DNA from: an uncultured Gammaproteobacteria bacterium
GTDB taxonomy: Bacteria; Patescibacteriota; Patescibacteriia; SG8-24
Reading direction: 5' to 3'
DNA length: 64,000 bases
NCBI GenBank assembly: GCA_964626205.1
Contig: CAZVED010000001.1
Coordinates: 961-64,960 of the forward strand
The notes beneath the pieces were generated by a model that ran no database searches, was not told where the DNA came from, and saw only the letters and a list, made by a program, of their open reading frames with translations. Within the stretch, counting starts at the first letter, position 1. Each line of letters begins with the position of its first letter. The translations under genes and the position numbers were made by a program. Of this stretch, positions 25,412 through 34,374 are shown one piece after another.

Positions 25412-26698
25412 GTGCGCTATGCTGTCTCTATCATGTTTTCTATGTGGAAAACCGACGCCTTTCTCGAGACGAGCCTTTCGGTGCTCCAAACGCTCAAGCA
25501 GCAGCTCATCGAGAAGCTGATCATCCTTGCTATCGTCGGTGTCGCCCTCTTCGCGACGCTGGCCTCGGCTGCCGCTGGCGCCCGTTTCGCGTCCGCGGCC
25601 TCTCCGGCGTACGCAGAAGACGCCTCGTTCATGGTTTTGGATAAGACCGTCACAGTCCTCGCTGGGTCCTCGGTCGCTTCGCTCGAAACGTTTGGCGACC
25701 GTTTTACGGTCACACTCGACGAAGGCGACGTGGTGTCATTCCGTATGCCGTCGAACGGCCATTTCGTCAGTCATGGCGCGGCAATCGACACCTGCGAATA
25801 CCGCGAAGGGTCCAACTACCTCACGCTTTCTGAGCCGGGAACGTACACGCTTTCCGTTGACGGACGCATCTGCAACAGCACATACGGCGACGCCGAGGTC
25901 GTCAGCGTTTCCCGTCCGCAGGCAGGTGCGACAGTCACGGCAGGGGAGGAGGTGCTTGTCGTTTGGAGCGCTGCTGGATCGGTCTTCGGTGCGCGTCTCT
26001 CGTTGTCGTTGGACGGCGGCCTGACGTATCCGACGGTCCTTGTCGCCAACACGTTCAGCGCCGACGTGTTCGTATGGACGGTTCCACAGGTGCTCTCGAC
26101 GGACATGGCACGTATCCGTGTCGAAGCGCTCGGCTCGAGCACGGCCGTCGTCGCGGTCGGTGTCAGCGCACCATTCTCCATCGACGGTATCGCACCGCCA
26201 CCGGAACCGGAGCCGCAGCCGGCAACCTGGTACGACGCCGAAGAAGCCACACGCGCCGCGCTTACCATCGGCCATGACCGCGGTATCGTTCCTGGGCAGC
26301 TTCCGTCCGGAACCGTCACCTGCGCTGCGAATGCCCGCATCAAAGGCACGTCATCGAGCGCGGTGTATTACTGCGGCGCGGACGGCAAGCGGTACGCGTT
26401 CCCGAACCAGCGCGTCCATGACTCGTGGTACCTCGGCTTCGAAGGCGTCATCACGCTCACAGATGCAGAGCTTGCCGCTGCCCCGCTTGGTGGAACGGTC
26501 ACGTATCGCCCGGGTGTGCGTTTGGTGAAGATCACGACCGACCCCAAGGTCTACGCCGTTGCCGCGAACGGGGAACTGCGCTGGGTCACGTCGGAAGCGG
26601 TCGCTGTCGCGCTCTATGGAGCAGACTGGGCGACGAAGGTCGACGACATCCCTGACGCATTCTTCACGGACTACCGCATCGGCATACCGATCGAATAG
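25412..26698 (+). CDS. secreted/membrane-anchored protein with the conserved ~110-aa surface-family domain at its C-terminus
   Basis: N-terminal hydrophobic segment LIILAIVGVALFATLASAAAGA; C-terminal YYCGADGKRYAFPNQRVHDSWYLGF...DPKVYAVAANGELRWVTSEAVAVALYG paralogous to the N-terminal domains of 21532, 26892 and 28316 genes. Confidence 0.55.
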   Translation: MRYAVSIMFSMWKTDAFLETSLSVLQTLKQQLIEKLIILAIVGVALFATLASAAAGARFASAASPAYAEDASFMVLDKTVTVLAGSSVASLETFGDRFTVTLDEGDVVSFRMPSNGHFVSHGAAIDTCEYREGSNYLTLSEPGTYTLSVDGRICNSTYGDAEVVSVSRPQAGATVTAGEEVLVVWSAAGSVFGARLSLSLDGGLTYPTVLVANTFSADVFVWTVPQVLSTDMARIRVEALGSSTAVVAVGVSAPFSIDGIAPPPEPEPQPATWYDAEEATRAALTIGHDRGIVPGQLPSGTVTCAANARIKGTSSSAVYYCGADGKRYAFPNQRVHDSWYLGFEGVITLTDAELAAAPLGGTVTYRPGVRLVKITTDPKVYAVAANGELRWVTSEAVAVALYGADWATKVDDIPDAFFTDYRIGIPIE

Positions 26699-26700
26699 CA

Positions 26701-26730
26701 AGGAGCGGCCCGGCCGCTCCTTTTGCTTTT
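26701..26730 (+). terminator. rho-independent terminator
   Basis: GGAGCGGCC-cg-GCCGCTCC then TTTTGCTTTT directly after the stop at 26698. Confidence 0.6.
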
Positions 26731-26752
26731 GGGAGCGACACACCAGGCGGGT

Positions 26753-26832
26753 TTAAGCTGGTACCCGTGTCCAGCCTATTTCCTCCCGCTTATTTCTCGT
26801 TTCCGCCTTATTTCGGTACCCGCATCCAGCTT
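26753..26832 (+). repeat. family-A REP/BIME-like element (copy 5)
   Basis: TTAAGCTGGTACCCGTGTCCAGCC-tatttcctcccgcttatttctcgtttccgccttatttc-GGTACCCGCATCCAGCTTT. Confidence 0.8.
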
Positions 26833-26891
26833 TAGTGGTTGCCATACTGAGCGTTTTTCGGCATGCTGGAGGTCATATAACCCCACGTCGT

Positions 26892-28136
26892 ATGCACGCG
26901 TTTCGTTTTGTCTCGACAACCGCCATCGCCCCGTTCCTTGCCGCAGTCGCGCTCGTCGTCGCTCCGTCGGTACATGCGTTTCCGGTCCTTGTCGAGCAGA
27001 CGCTCGCGCAACAGCCGTCAGAGACGCATCTTTTTGCTGGTATCTCGATCGGCGACCTCGTGAAGCTGCCCGACGACAACGACCCGACGACGACGCAGGA
27101 TTCCGTCGTGTACTACTTCGATCGTGACTGGAAGCGTCGGCCGTTCCCGAACCGGCACGTGTTCGATTCATGGTACGCGGACTTCTCGTCCGTGCGAGAG
27201 GTCACGCCGGAGCAAATGGCAGGGATGCGCCTCGGTCCACCCATCCTGTACCGCCCGGGAACACGCCTCGTGAAGATTCCGTCCATTCCGAAGGTGTACG
27301 CCGTGGAACCCGGCGGTGTGCTGCGCTGGATCACGACAGAGGACGTTGCCATCGCGCTGTATGGCACAGAGTGGTCGAAGCGCGTGGATGACCTTCCGGA
27401 AGCGTTCTTTACCGCGTACACGGAAGGTCCGGCACTGTACGCCGATGCATATCCGACGAGAACGCTTTTGCGTCTCGGCGGCGGCGCCTCGTTCTATGTG
27501 GTGGACGGCGGGACCATTCGGTTCGTCGCACCGCAGGACATGGCGCGATTCCGTTTCCAGACGCGCCACGCCGTTGACACGACCGCGTTGCCGGAAGGGT
27601 ATCCGCTCCTCGGCACGCTCACGGAAAACGGCGAGAACCTGACAGATACGTCGCAGCTGTCGCGTTCCGAAACGCTGCCGGCGGCACAGATCGATTTTCC
27701 GGTCCGTTCGACATCTGTCGAGGCCGGAGCTAATCGCACACTCGCATCGTTCCGTTTGACCGTCGGTGCTACGGTGACGCTTCGCAGGATGGACGTCACG
27801 CTTGCCGGTGCATGGAGCGATGCGACGCCGCTTGTGCGCGGCGTGAGGCTTGTCGACCGCGCGACAGGGGAGACGCTGTTCGGGACGCGCGAATTAGAGT
27901 CGGTCGGTGCTGAGCGTGAGACGGTTCCGTTCACGGGCGCGTTCGGCATTCCGGACGACATGGTCGTGGAAGTCGATCTGCGCGCGGATATCGCCGACGG
28001 ATACGATGGTCGCACGCTGACCGTGCTCTTTGAGCAATCGTCCGCAGAGGTCGTCGATGGGTTGAACGTCGATCGGAAGATGCCGCTTTTGCCGATGCGA
28101 GCGTATCCGGCGCTTACGGTGACGATTGGGGAGTAG
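26892..28136 (+). CDS. secreted protein with N-terminal conserved surface-family domain and C-terminal beta-rich region
   Basis: signal peptide MHAFRFVSTTAIAPFLAAVALVVAPSVHA; VVYYFDRDWKRRPFPNRHVFDSWYADFSSV...PKVYAVEPGGVLRWITTEDVAIALYG; start at ATG 26892, preferred over the ORF-track start 26835. Confidence 0.55.
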   Translation: MHAFRFVSTTAIAPFLAAVALVVAPSVHAFPVLVEQTLAQQPSETHLFAGISIGDLVKLPDDNDPTTTQDSVVYYFDRDWKRRPFPNRHVFDSWYADFSSVREVTPEQMAGMRLGPPILYRPGTRLVKIPSIPKVYAVEPGGVLRWITTEDVAIALYGTEWSKRVDDLPEAFFTAYTEGPALYADAYPTRTLLRLGGGASFYVVDGGTIRFVAPQDMARFRFQTRHAVDTTALPEGYPLLGTLTENGENLTDTSQLSRSETLPAAQIDFPVRSTSVEAGANRTLASFRLTVGATVTLRRMDVTLAGAWSDATPLVRGVRLVDRATGETLFGTRELESVGAERETVPFTGAFGIPDDMVVEVDLRADIADGYDGRTLTVLFEQSSAEVVDGLNVDRKMPLLPMRAYPALTVTIGE

Positions 28137-28188
28137 GCGAGCAATCACGCACGCGAATCAAAACATCGAATCTTCAGGCGTTTTCGTT

Positions 28189-28270
28189 TTAAGCTGGTAC
28201 CCGTGTCCAGCCTATTTCCTCCCGCCCATTTCTCGCTTCCGCCTTATTTCGGTACCCGCATCCAGCTTAA
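28189..28270 (+). repeat. family-A REP/BIME-like element (copy 6)
   Basis: TTAAGCTGGTACCCGTGTCCAGCC-tatttcctcccgcccatttctcgcttccgccttatttc-GGTACCCGCATCCAGCTTAA. Confidence 0.8.
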
Positions 28271-28315
28271 AACCGTGGTATACTGCATGAACGATTCAGT
28301 GTTTTTGTCGTACCC

Positions 28316-31192
28316 ATGCCTATGCCCTCACGCGGCGTTATCGGCCTTGCTACGGTCTTCCTATGGGCCTTTTTCGCGCTTCCTGCCGTTGCTGCGCCGG
28401 TGCCGGGCGACCTCGTGAAGCTATCGGGTGACACCGCCGTCTATTACGTCGGCACGGACGGCAAACGGTACGTCTTTCCGAACGCGGCCACGTATGCCAC
28501 ATGGTATGCGGATTTCTCCGCCGTGAAGACCGTGAGCGCTTCGGAACTTGCAGCGCTACCCATCGGCGGGACGATTGCGTACCGCGCGGGGACGCGCATG
28601 GTGAAGATCGTGAGCGACCCGACGGTGTACATCGTGGAACCTGGCGGCGCGTTGCGTCCGGTACCATCCGAGTCTGTGGCGCGGTCGTTATATGGTGCGA
28701 ACTGGGCGCGACGCGTGGATGATCTTTCGGATGCGTTCTTTTTCGCGTACGAGGTCCGTGAACCGTTCGAGTCCGGCACTTTTCCGAGCGGTACTATCGC
28801 GCGCCGTTCGTCGGACGGCGTGTTGTTTTTCATCGACGGATTGCAGAAGCGGCGTATTACGTCGGACACGGCGCGTACGACCTTGCGCGTGCAAGACGCT
28901 TTCGTGCTGACGGTCTCCGCGACGTCCCTTGAGAAATACGTCGACGGTCCGAACATCACCGGTATCGAGCCGTCATACATCGACACGGCGCAGCGAACGG
29001 CTCGGCCGGATGCACCGGTGTCGCTTCGTCTCGTGCCACCTGTTGGCAACGCGATTCCGTTCCCGGGCGATGCCACGCTCGCCACGCTCCGTATTTCCTC
29101 CGGGCGCGCGGTAACGGTTCGCCGCCTCACCGTGCGACTTACCGCGCTGAAGAATGATCCGTTGAGCCGCGGTATCGCTGACATCGACGACGATGCTGGC
29201 GGCATCGTCTACGGCGACGCGGAGAGCCTGAATCTTTCGGAGCTCCGTTTCGCCTACGCCGACGGTCGCGATGCTACGACGCGTCGGTCGCCGGTGCTCG
29301 ACACGACGCTCGACCAGGCACAGGAGTTCACGTTCACGGATGCGATCTTCGTGCCAGCCGGCGGGAGCGTCGCAGTGCGGCTCATGGCGCGCATGGGACG
29401 GCTCCTGCCGGTGGGGGAGACGTATACGGTTACTATTGTTGCCGCGCAGACGGAGTTTGCGGATGTCGAAAGTGGCGTCAGCGTTCCGGTATTGCCTACA
29501 ACCGATCTCGTGACGCCGACGCTCACCACGGTGCGCGGTGGGCTTGAGGTAACGGCAGCTCCGGTTCCCGGAGGCACGACCGTGGTTCGCGGGGCGTCGC
29601 AAGCGTCGATTGCCGCGTTCGCGCTTCGGGCACCTGCGGGGTCCGATGCCGTGCTGACGCGTCTTACTGTCGTGGGGTACATCAACGAAGGCGAGGGCGG
29701 GAATCGCGACTTCCGTGCCGGTGAGGATACCGACAATACGACGCCGACGACGGTCAATCAGATGGTCCGCGAAGTGTCGCTGTATGACGGTGCAGGAACG
29801 CGTCTTGCTGGGCCTGTGCCAGTGGCGTTCAACGGACGCGCTGAGTTTTCCGGACTCGCATTTCGTGTTGCAGCCGGTCAGTCGGGAACGGTCGTCGTGC
29901 GCGGGGACATGGATGGCAGTGTCGATTTTGAAGAGCGCCCGAACGGCCTTACATTCGATGTCGCAGACGCGGAAACAGATGCGGCGGCCGTCGATGCCGA
30001 GGGTGCCGCGCTACCGGTCATCGGTAAGCTTCCGAACGGTGGCGAACGCCCACGGTATTCCGTCACTGTGTACGAGCAAGGCCGCCTCACGTTCTCTTGG
30101 GAGGGGGAGGAAGACGGTGTCGTGCTCGTCGGTACGGACGCTGATCTTGGCGAACTGACTGTCGCGGCTGAGTACGATTCCTTCCGCCTCACGTCAATGA
30201 GTTTCCGTCTGCAGGATGGCCTCGCAGCACCGCTTCCTTCCGCGCGTCTGACATATACGACGTCTTCCGGCCAGAGCGCGGAAGCTGTGGCCGCGTTCAC
30301 GGGGTCGGTCGTGTGGTTCACTGGTTTGGATATCGTCGTGATACCTGGGTCACCACGCACGTTCCGTCTCTTCGCGTCGGTACCGCTTCCGGGCGGGGGA
30401 ATCGTGACCGGCGATCGTTTGTCGGTGCTGTTCGAACCGGCGGGACCGATGGCGTTCTCGTCCATCACGACCGGCGATACGTTCGGCCCGACGGACGCGC
30501 CGAGCGGAATCTTCCGTGTCGGGACGAACGAGGTAAGCGATGTCGTCGTTCGTTTCACGACGCTCACGCTTCGTGTCGGCTCCGGGTCCCCGAGCGGTAT
30601 CATTCCGCGCTCGGATGCCGCGGAGGTCTTGCGGTTTACGGCGACGGCGGGGCCAACCGGAAACGCGCGCATTTTACAGATGGCCTTCCTCTTGCGTCCG
30701 GGAGACGCCGGCTACGTCTATGAGTTTGGTTATGAGGAGCAGTATGAAGCTGAAGATAACGATGCGCTCGAGCGGTGGGCTGCAAAGAGCGACGGATTCC
30801 TCGATGATGACGACATCGCGAACCTGTACATGTGGGAGGGGGTGAATCCTACGTTGATAGGGGAAGGGCGCGACGGCCGGACGATATTCACTATCGGTGG
30901 AGATACCGATCTTTCCGCGTATACCGTTTCGCGCCCGAACCAGACCGCGACACTCACGTACGAGTTTCCGCTCTCGCAAGCGCTCGTCATTCCGGCAGGA
31001 GCGACACGGACGTTCTCATTCGAGGTGGACACGACCGGATTTGCGAACTGGAACGAATGGCCATTCGGCGTCGAGCTTTTGGGTGCAGAAGCGTTCGTTT
31101 GGACGGATGTCGCGGATGGCGCACCGTCGTTGCTCGATGGTCGCGACGCGCCAGCGCTGCCGCTTCGTCGATCGGTCCGTGTCGCGCGTTGA
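28316..31192 (+). CDS. large secreted surface protein (958 aa) with N-terminal conserved surface-family domain and long beta-rich repeat region
   Basis: signal peptide MPMPSRGVIGLATVFLWAFFALPAVAAP; AVYYVGTDGKRYVFPNAATYATWYADFSAVKTV...DPTVYIVEPGGALRPVPSESVARSLYG. Confidence 0.65.
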   Translation: MPMPSRGVIGLATVFLWAFFALPAVAAPVPGDLVKLSGDTAVYYVGTDGKRYVFPNAATYATWYADFSAVKTVSASELAALPIGGTIAYRAGTRMVKIVSDPTVYIVEPGGALRPVPSESVARSLYGANWARRVDDLSDAFFFAYEVREPFESGTFPSGTIARRSSDGVLFFIDGLQKRRITSDTARTTLRVQDAFVLTVSATSLEKYVDGPNITGIEPSYIDTAQRTARPDAPVSLRLVPPVGNAIPFPGDATLATLRISSGRAVTVRRLTVRLTALKNDPLSRGIADIDDDAGGIVYGDAESLNLSELRFAYADGRDATTRRSPVLDTTLDQAQEFTFTDAIFVPAGGSVAVRLMARMGRLLPVGETYTVTIVAAQTEFADVESGVSVPVLPTTDLVTPTLTTVRGGLEVTAAPVPGGTTVVRGASQASIAAFALRAPAGSDAVLTRLTVVGYINEGEGGNRDFRAGEDTDNTTPTTVNQMVREVSLYDGAGTRLAGPVPVAFNGRAEFSGLAFRVAAGQSGTVVVRGDMDGSVDFEERPNGLTFDVADAETDAAAVDAEGAALPVIGKLPNGGERPRYSVTVYEQGRLTFSWEGEEDGVVLVGTDADLGELTVAAEYDSFRLTSMSFRLQDGLAAPLPSARLTYTTSSGQSAEAVAAFTGSVVWFTGLDIVVIPGSPRTFRLFASVPLPGGGIVTGDRLSVLFEPAGPMAFSSITTGDTFGPTDAPSGIFRVGTNEVSDVVVRFTTLTLRVGSGSPSGIIPRSDAAEVLRFTATAGPTGNARILQMAFLLRPGDAGYVYEFGYEEQYEAEDNDALERWAAKSDGFLDDDDIANLYMWEGVNPTLIGEGRDGRTIFTIGGDTDLSAYTVSRPNQTATLTYEFPLSQALVIPAGATRTFSFEVDTTGFANWNEWPFGVELLGAEAFVWTDVADGAPSLLDGRDAPALPLRRSVRVAR

Positions 31193-31268
31193 TATTCACG
31201 ATGAACAAAAAAAGTGTTACTCGGGTCTTTTCAAGCTGTCGAAAAAATGGTATGATGACGGTATCGAT

Positions 31269-31454
31269 ATGCAGTTTGGCGACACCAATTCTTTCGACGG
31301 CAACGGCATGACTCCTCCCGGCGGCGATGAAGCGCCATGGGACGGTTTCCTTGAGTACGACGCGTTCATTCCGACGCGAGCCAAGGCGCGGCCGAACAAG
31401 TTCCTCGCCATCGGATTGCACTTCTTCGCGGAAATCCAGGAGTCGCGAAAATGA
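31269..31454 (+). CDS. candidate small protein (61 aa) with own promoter-like motif and terminator
   Basis: MQFGDTNSFDGNGMTPPGGDEAPWDGFLEYDAFIPTRAKARPNKFLAIGLHFFAEIQESRK; upstream TTCAAG...TGGTATGAT (extended -10-like); intrinsic terminator directly downstream. Confidence 0.3.
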   Translation: MQFGDTNSFDGNGMTPPGGDEAPWDGFLEYDAFIPTRAKARPNKFLAIGLHFFAEIQESRK

Positions 31455-31455
31455 C

Positions 31456-31487
31456 GAAAAGACCTTCTTACGAGGGTCTTTTTTCGT
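31456..31487 (+). terminator. rho-independent terminator
   Basis: GAAAAGACCTTC-ttac-GAgGGTCTTTTTTCG. Confidence 0.55.
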
Positions 31488-31526
31488 ATTGATTTCCCGC
31501 GTCAGGAACGGTACGCTTCCTCCATT

Positions 31527-32333
31527 ATGGAAGGCGTTGAATCCAAAGGAAGGATTGCGGTGATGGGCGTCGGCTACGTCGGGGGAGCGCTTGCGCGGTA
31601 CCTCGACGAAGCCGGTCATTCGCCGCTCCGGTACGACCCGGCGAAGGGGCTCGACGACGCTGGCGTGCTTACGCTCGCGGACGTGGTATTCGTCTGCGTT
31701 CCCACGCCGTATCTCGCGGACGGCACAGGCTTCGATTTGTCGTTCGTTCGCGCGGCCGTCGGCGCGCTTCCGGGGGAGAAGACTGTCGTCATCAAGTCGA
31801 CGGTGTTGCCGGGTACGACAGAGATGCTGCAACAGGAGTTTCCGCAGCACCGAATGCTCTTCAATCCGGAGTTCCTCCGGCAGGTGACGGCAGACGAGGA
31901 CATGCGTCACCCGGATCGCCAGCTCATGGGGTATACGGAACGCTCGAAGGACGTTGCGCCGTTCATTCTGCGCTTGTTGCCGAGCGCGCCGTTCATGCGG
32001 ACGCTCACTGCGACGGAAGCCGAGACGGTGAAGTACTTCGGCAACTGCTTCCTCGCCATGAAGGTCGTCTTTGCGAACCAGATGTTCGACCTGTGCAAGG
32101 CTATCGGTGCCGACTACGACGCGGTGAAGGATTGCGCTGCGGCCGACCCACGCATCGGTACAAGCCACCTGCAAGTCTTGCAGGACGGTTTCCGTGGCTA
32201 CGGCGGTTCGTGTTTCCCGAAGGATGTGAAGTCGTTTGTCCAGTTTGCGGAGTCGCTCGGGACAGACATGACCCTGCTTGCGACTGCCGATCGTATTAAC
32301 GATGAGCTCGTAAAAGATCGGCAACCCGCATGA
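31527..32333 (+). CDS. UDP-glucose/GDP-mannose dehydrogenase-family protein, short form lacking the C-terminal UDP-binding domain
   Basis: Rossmann N-terminus IAVMGVGYVGGALA, catalytic-Cys motif GYGGSCFPKDV; only 268 aa against about 430 for canonical UGDH; stop overlaps next start. Confidence 0.6.
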   Translation: MEGVESKGRIAVMGVGYVGGALARYLDEAGHSPLRYDPAKGLDDAGVLTLADVVFVCVPTPYLADGTGFDLSFVRAAVGALPGEKTVVIKSTVLPGTTEMLQQEFPQHRMLFNPEFLRQVTADEDMRHPDRQLMGYTERSKDVAPFILRLLPSAPFMRTLTATEAETVKYFGNCFLAMKVVFANQMFDLCKAIGADYDAVKDCAAADPRIGTSHLQVLQDGFRGYGGSCFPKDVKSFVQFAESLGTDMTLLATADRINDELVKDRQPA

Positions 32334-34345
32334 GTCGCATGAGCTTTCGTATCAGGACGGGTATCGTTCTCGCGGCGCTCGCCATTCCCGGCGGGCAGGC
32401 TTTTGCCGCACCACGTGCCACGAACGACCCGTTTTTCGAGGAGCAGACCTACCTGCACCACATTGGCGCGCCGGAGGCATGGAATCACAGCCTTGGCTTC
32501 GAGGGCGTTATCGTGGCGGTCATCGATTCGGGCGTCGACATCCGCCACCCCGACCTTCGTGACAACATCTGGCGCAACGTCCGTGAGATTCCCGGCGATG
32601 GTATCGACAACGACGGTAACGGCTACATCGACGACGTGCATGGGTGGGACTTCGTGGACAGTGACAACGATCCGCGCCCGACTCCGTCACCGGGGGACCT
32701 TGTCGGCACGAATCACGGCACAGTGAGCGCCGGTATCATTGCGGCACGCGGCGACAACGGCATTGGAATCTCTGGCGTGACGTGGCAGACGACCATCATG
32801 CCGTTGCGTGCGCTCGGCTCCGACGGTTCTGGCGACCCGACGGCGGTGGTACGCGCCATCGAGTATGCCATGAACAACGGCGCAAAGGTCATCAACCTGA
32901 GTTTCACGGGGCCGGTAGAAGGCGAGACGCTGCGCATCGCCGTACGTCGTGCATACGAGCGCGGCGTGTTCGTTGTTGCGGCAGCGGGGAACGCGCCGGA
33001 GGGCGGCGTCGCTCAGGATCTCGATGCGCGGCCGCTTTTCCCGGTCTGTCTTGATGCGGGCGAGTCGGAGAACTTCATCTATGGCGTTGCGGCCGTGGAT
33101 GCGGAAGATCGCAAAGCATCGTTCTCCAACTATGGCGCGGGATGTGTCGACGGCGCTGCGCCAGGAACACGTTTCATTGGCACGCAGTACTATGATGCCT
33201 CTTCGCCCGCCTTCGCGGATCCGTACGGTGGGTACTACAACGGCACGTCCGTCGCCGCGCCGGTCGTTTCTGGCGTTGCTGCGCTTTTGCTTGCGCTCGA
33301 CTCGAAGCTCACGCCAAAACAGATCACGAATATCCTCACGCAATCCGCCGTCGCTATTGATGAGAAGAACCCGGCATATTTCGGCAAGCTTGGTCGTGGG
33401 CGTATCGACGCGGCAAAGGCGGTCGCGCTTCTCAGGGAGGGGATGCGTGTCATTCCTGCAACTCCGACAGTCCCGACTCAGACGCTCGTTTCGCCGGACG
33501 TAGGCGTATCGCTCGTCGCAACAGCTCCCGGCCCCGGACGCGCTCCAGAGGTGCAGCTCTTCACTGAGGATGGTCTCTACGTGCGCGGATTCTCGGCGTA
33601 TCCTGCAGCGTTTCGCGGCGGCGTTTCCTTGGCCGTCGCGCGTTTTGACGGCCCGCTTCGCCAGACTATCGTCACGGGTGCCGGACCGGGCGGTGGTCCG
33701 CACGTCCGTATTTTCAACGTAAACACGCAGGCTATTGGCGGCTTCATGGCATACGATGAAGCATTCCGTGGTGGCGTCACCGTCGCGACAGCGGATGTCA
33801 TGAACGATGCCGGCGACGAAATCGTTACGGGTGCAGGCCCTGGCGGCGGTCCGCACGTCCGCATTTTCGACGACCATGGTACGCCACTTCGAGGATTCTT
33901 CGCGTTCGAAGAGGCCTTCCGCGGTGGTATCCACGTAGCGGCGGGCGACGTGGATGGCGACGGTGTTGGTGAAGTCATCGTGGCGAGCGGTCGGGGACGA
34001 ACGACTGCGGTACGTGTTTTCCGCGCGGACGGTACGCTGGTGCGCGAGATGCTTCCGTTCGGCGAGCGCGACGTATTTGGCGCGACGGTCGAAGTCGCTG
34101 ATCTCGATGGCGATGGCGATAGGGACCTCATTGTGCGTTCGCTTGCGTCTACAGGAACGGTCCGTTTCCTCCGCGGTGATGGTACTACCATCGATACTGC
34201 ATCCGCTCCGTATCTGCTCGGCAGCCAAGCCGGCTCTCAGCCGCTCGTTGCGTCTTTCAGCGCGCGCGGCATCAGGATCGATTTCGCCGCATACGAACTG
34301 CGGTTCATGGGTGGTGTTCGCGCGGCTCGCGTTTGGCTCGAATAA
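32330..34345 (+). CDS. secreted subtilisin-like (S8) serine peptidase with C-terminal FG-GAP/beta-propeller repeats
   Basis: signal peptide; catalytic triad contexts VIDSGVDIRHPDL (Asp), GTNHGTVSAGIIAA (His), GTSVAAPVVSGVAALLL (Ser); C-terminal repeats FRGGV...TGAGPGGGPHVRIF as in 16637..18670. Confidence 0.75.
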   Translation: MSRMSFRIRTGIVLAALAIPGGQAFAAPRATNDPFFEEQTYLHHIGAPEAWNHSLGFEGVIVAVIDSGVDIRHPDLRDNIWRNVREIPGDGIDNDGNGYIDDVHGWDFVDSDNDPRPTPSPGDLVGTNHGTVSAGIIAARGDNGIGISGVTWQTTIMPLRALGSDGSGDPTAVVRAIEYAMNNGAKVINLSFTGPVEGETLRIAVRRAYERGVFVVAAAGNAPEGGVAQDLDARPLFPVCLDAGESENFIYGVAAVDAEDRKASFSNYGAGCVDGAAPGTRFIGTQYYDASSPAFADPYGGYYNGTSVAAPVVSGVAALLLALDSKLTPKQITNILTQSAVAIDEKNPAYFGKLGRGRIDAAKAVALLREGMRVIPATPTVPTQTLVSPDVGVSLVATAPGPGRAPEVQLFTEDGLYVRGFSAYPAAFRGGVSLAVARFDGPLRQTIVTGAGPGGGPHVRIFNVNTQAIGGFMAYDEAFRGGVTVATADVMNDAGDEIVTGAGPGGGPHVRIFDDHGTPLRGFFAFEEAFRGGIHVAAGDVDGDGVGEVIVASGRGRTTAVRVFRADGTLVREMLPFGERDVFGATVEVADLDGDGDRDLIVRSLASTGTVRFLRGDGTTIDTASAPYLLGSQAGSQPLVASFSARGIRIDFAAYELRFMGGVRAARVWLE

Positions 34346-34374
34346 GCTAGGATGAGCCTCTAGCTACTTTCTCC

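Noticed and set aside
30987-32324. 445-aa minus-strand ORF spanning the small ORF, terminator and UGDH-like gene
   Set aside because: It crosses an intrinsic terminator and a promoter. The UGDH-like plus-strand gene has the NAD-binding and catalytic-Cys motifs.
32687-34228. 513-aa minus-strand ORF opposite the S8 peptidase
   Set aside because: The plus strand has the full subtilase catalytic triad.
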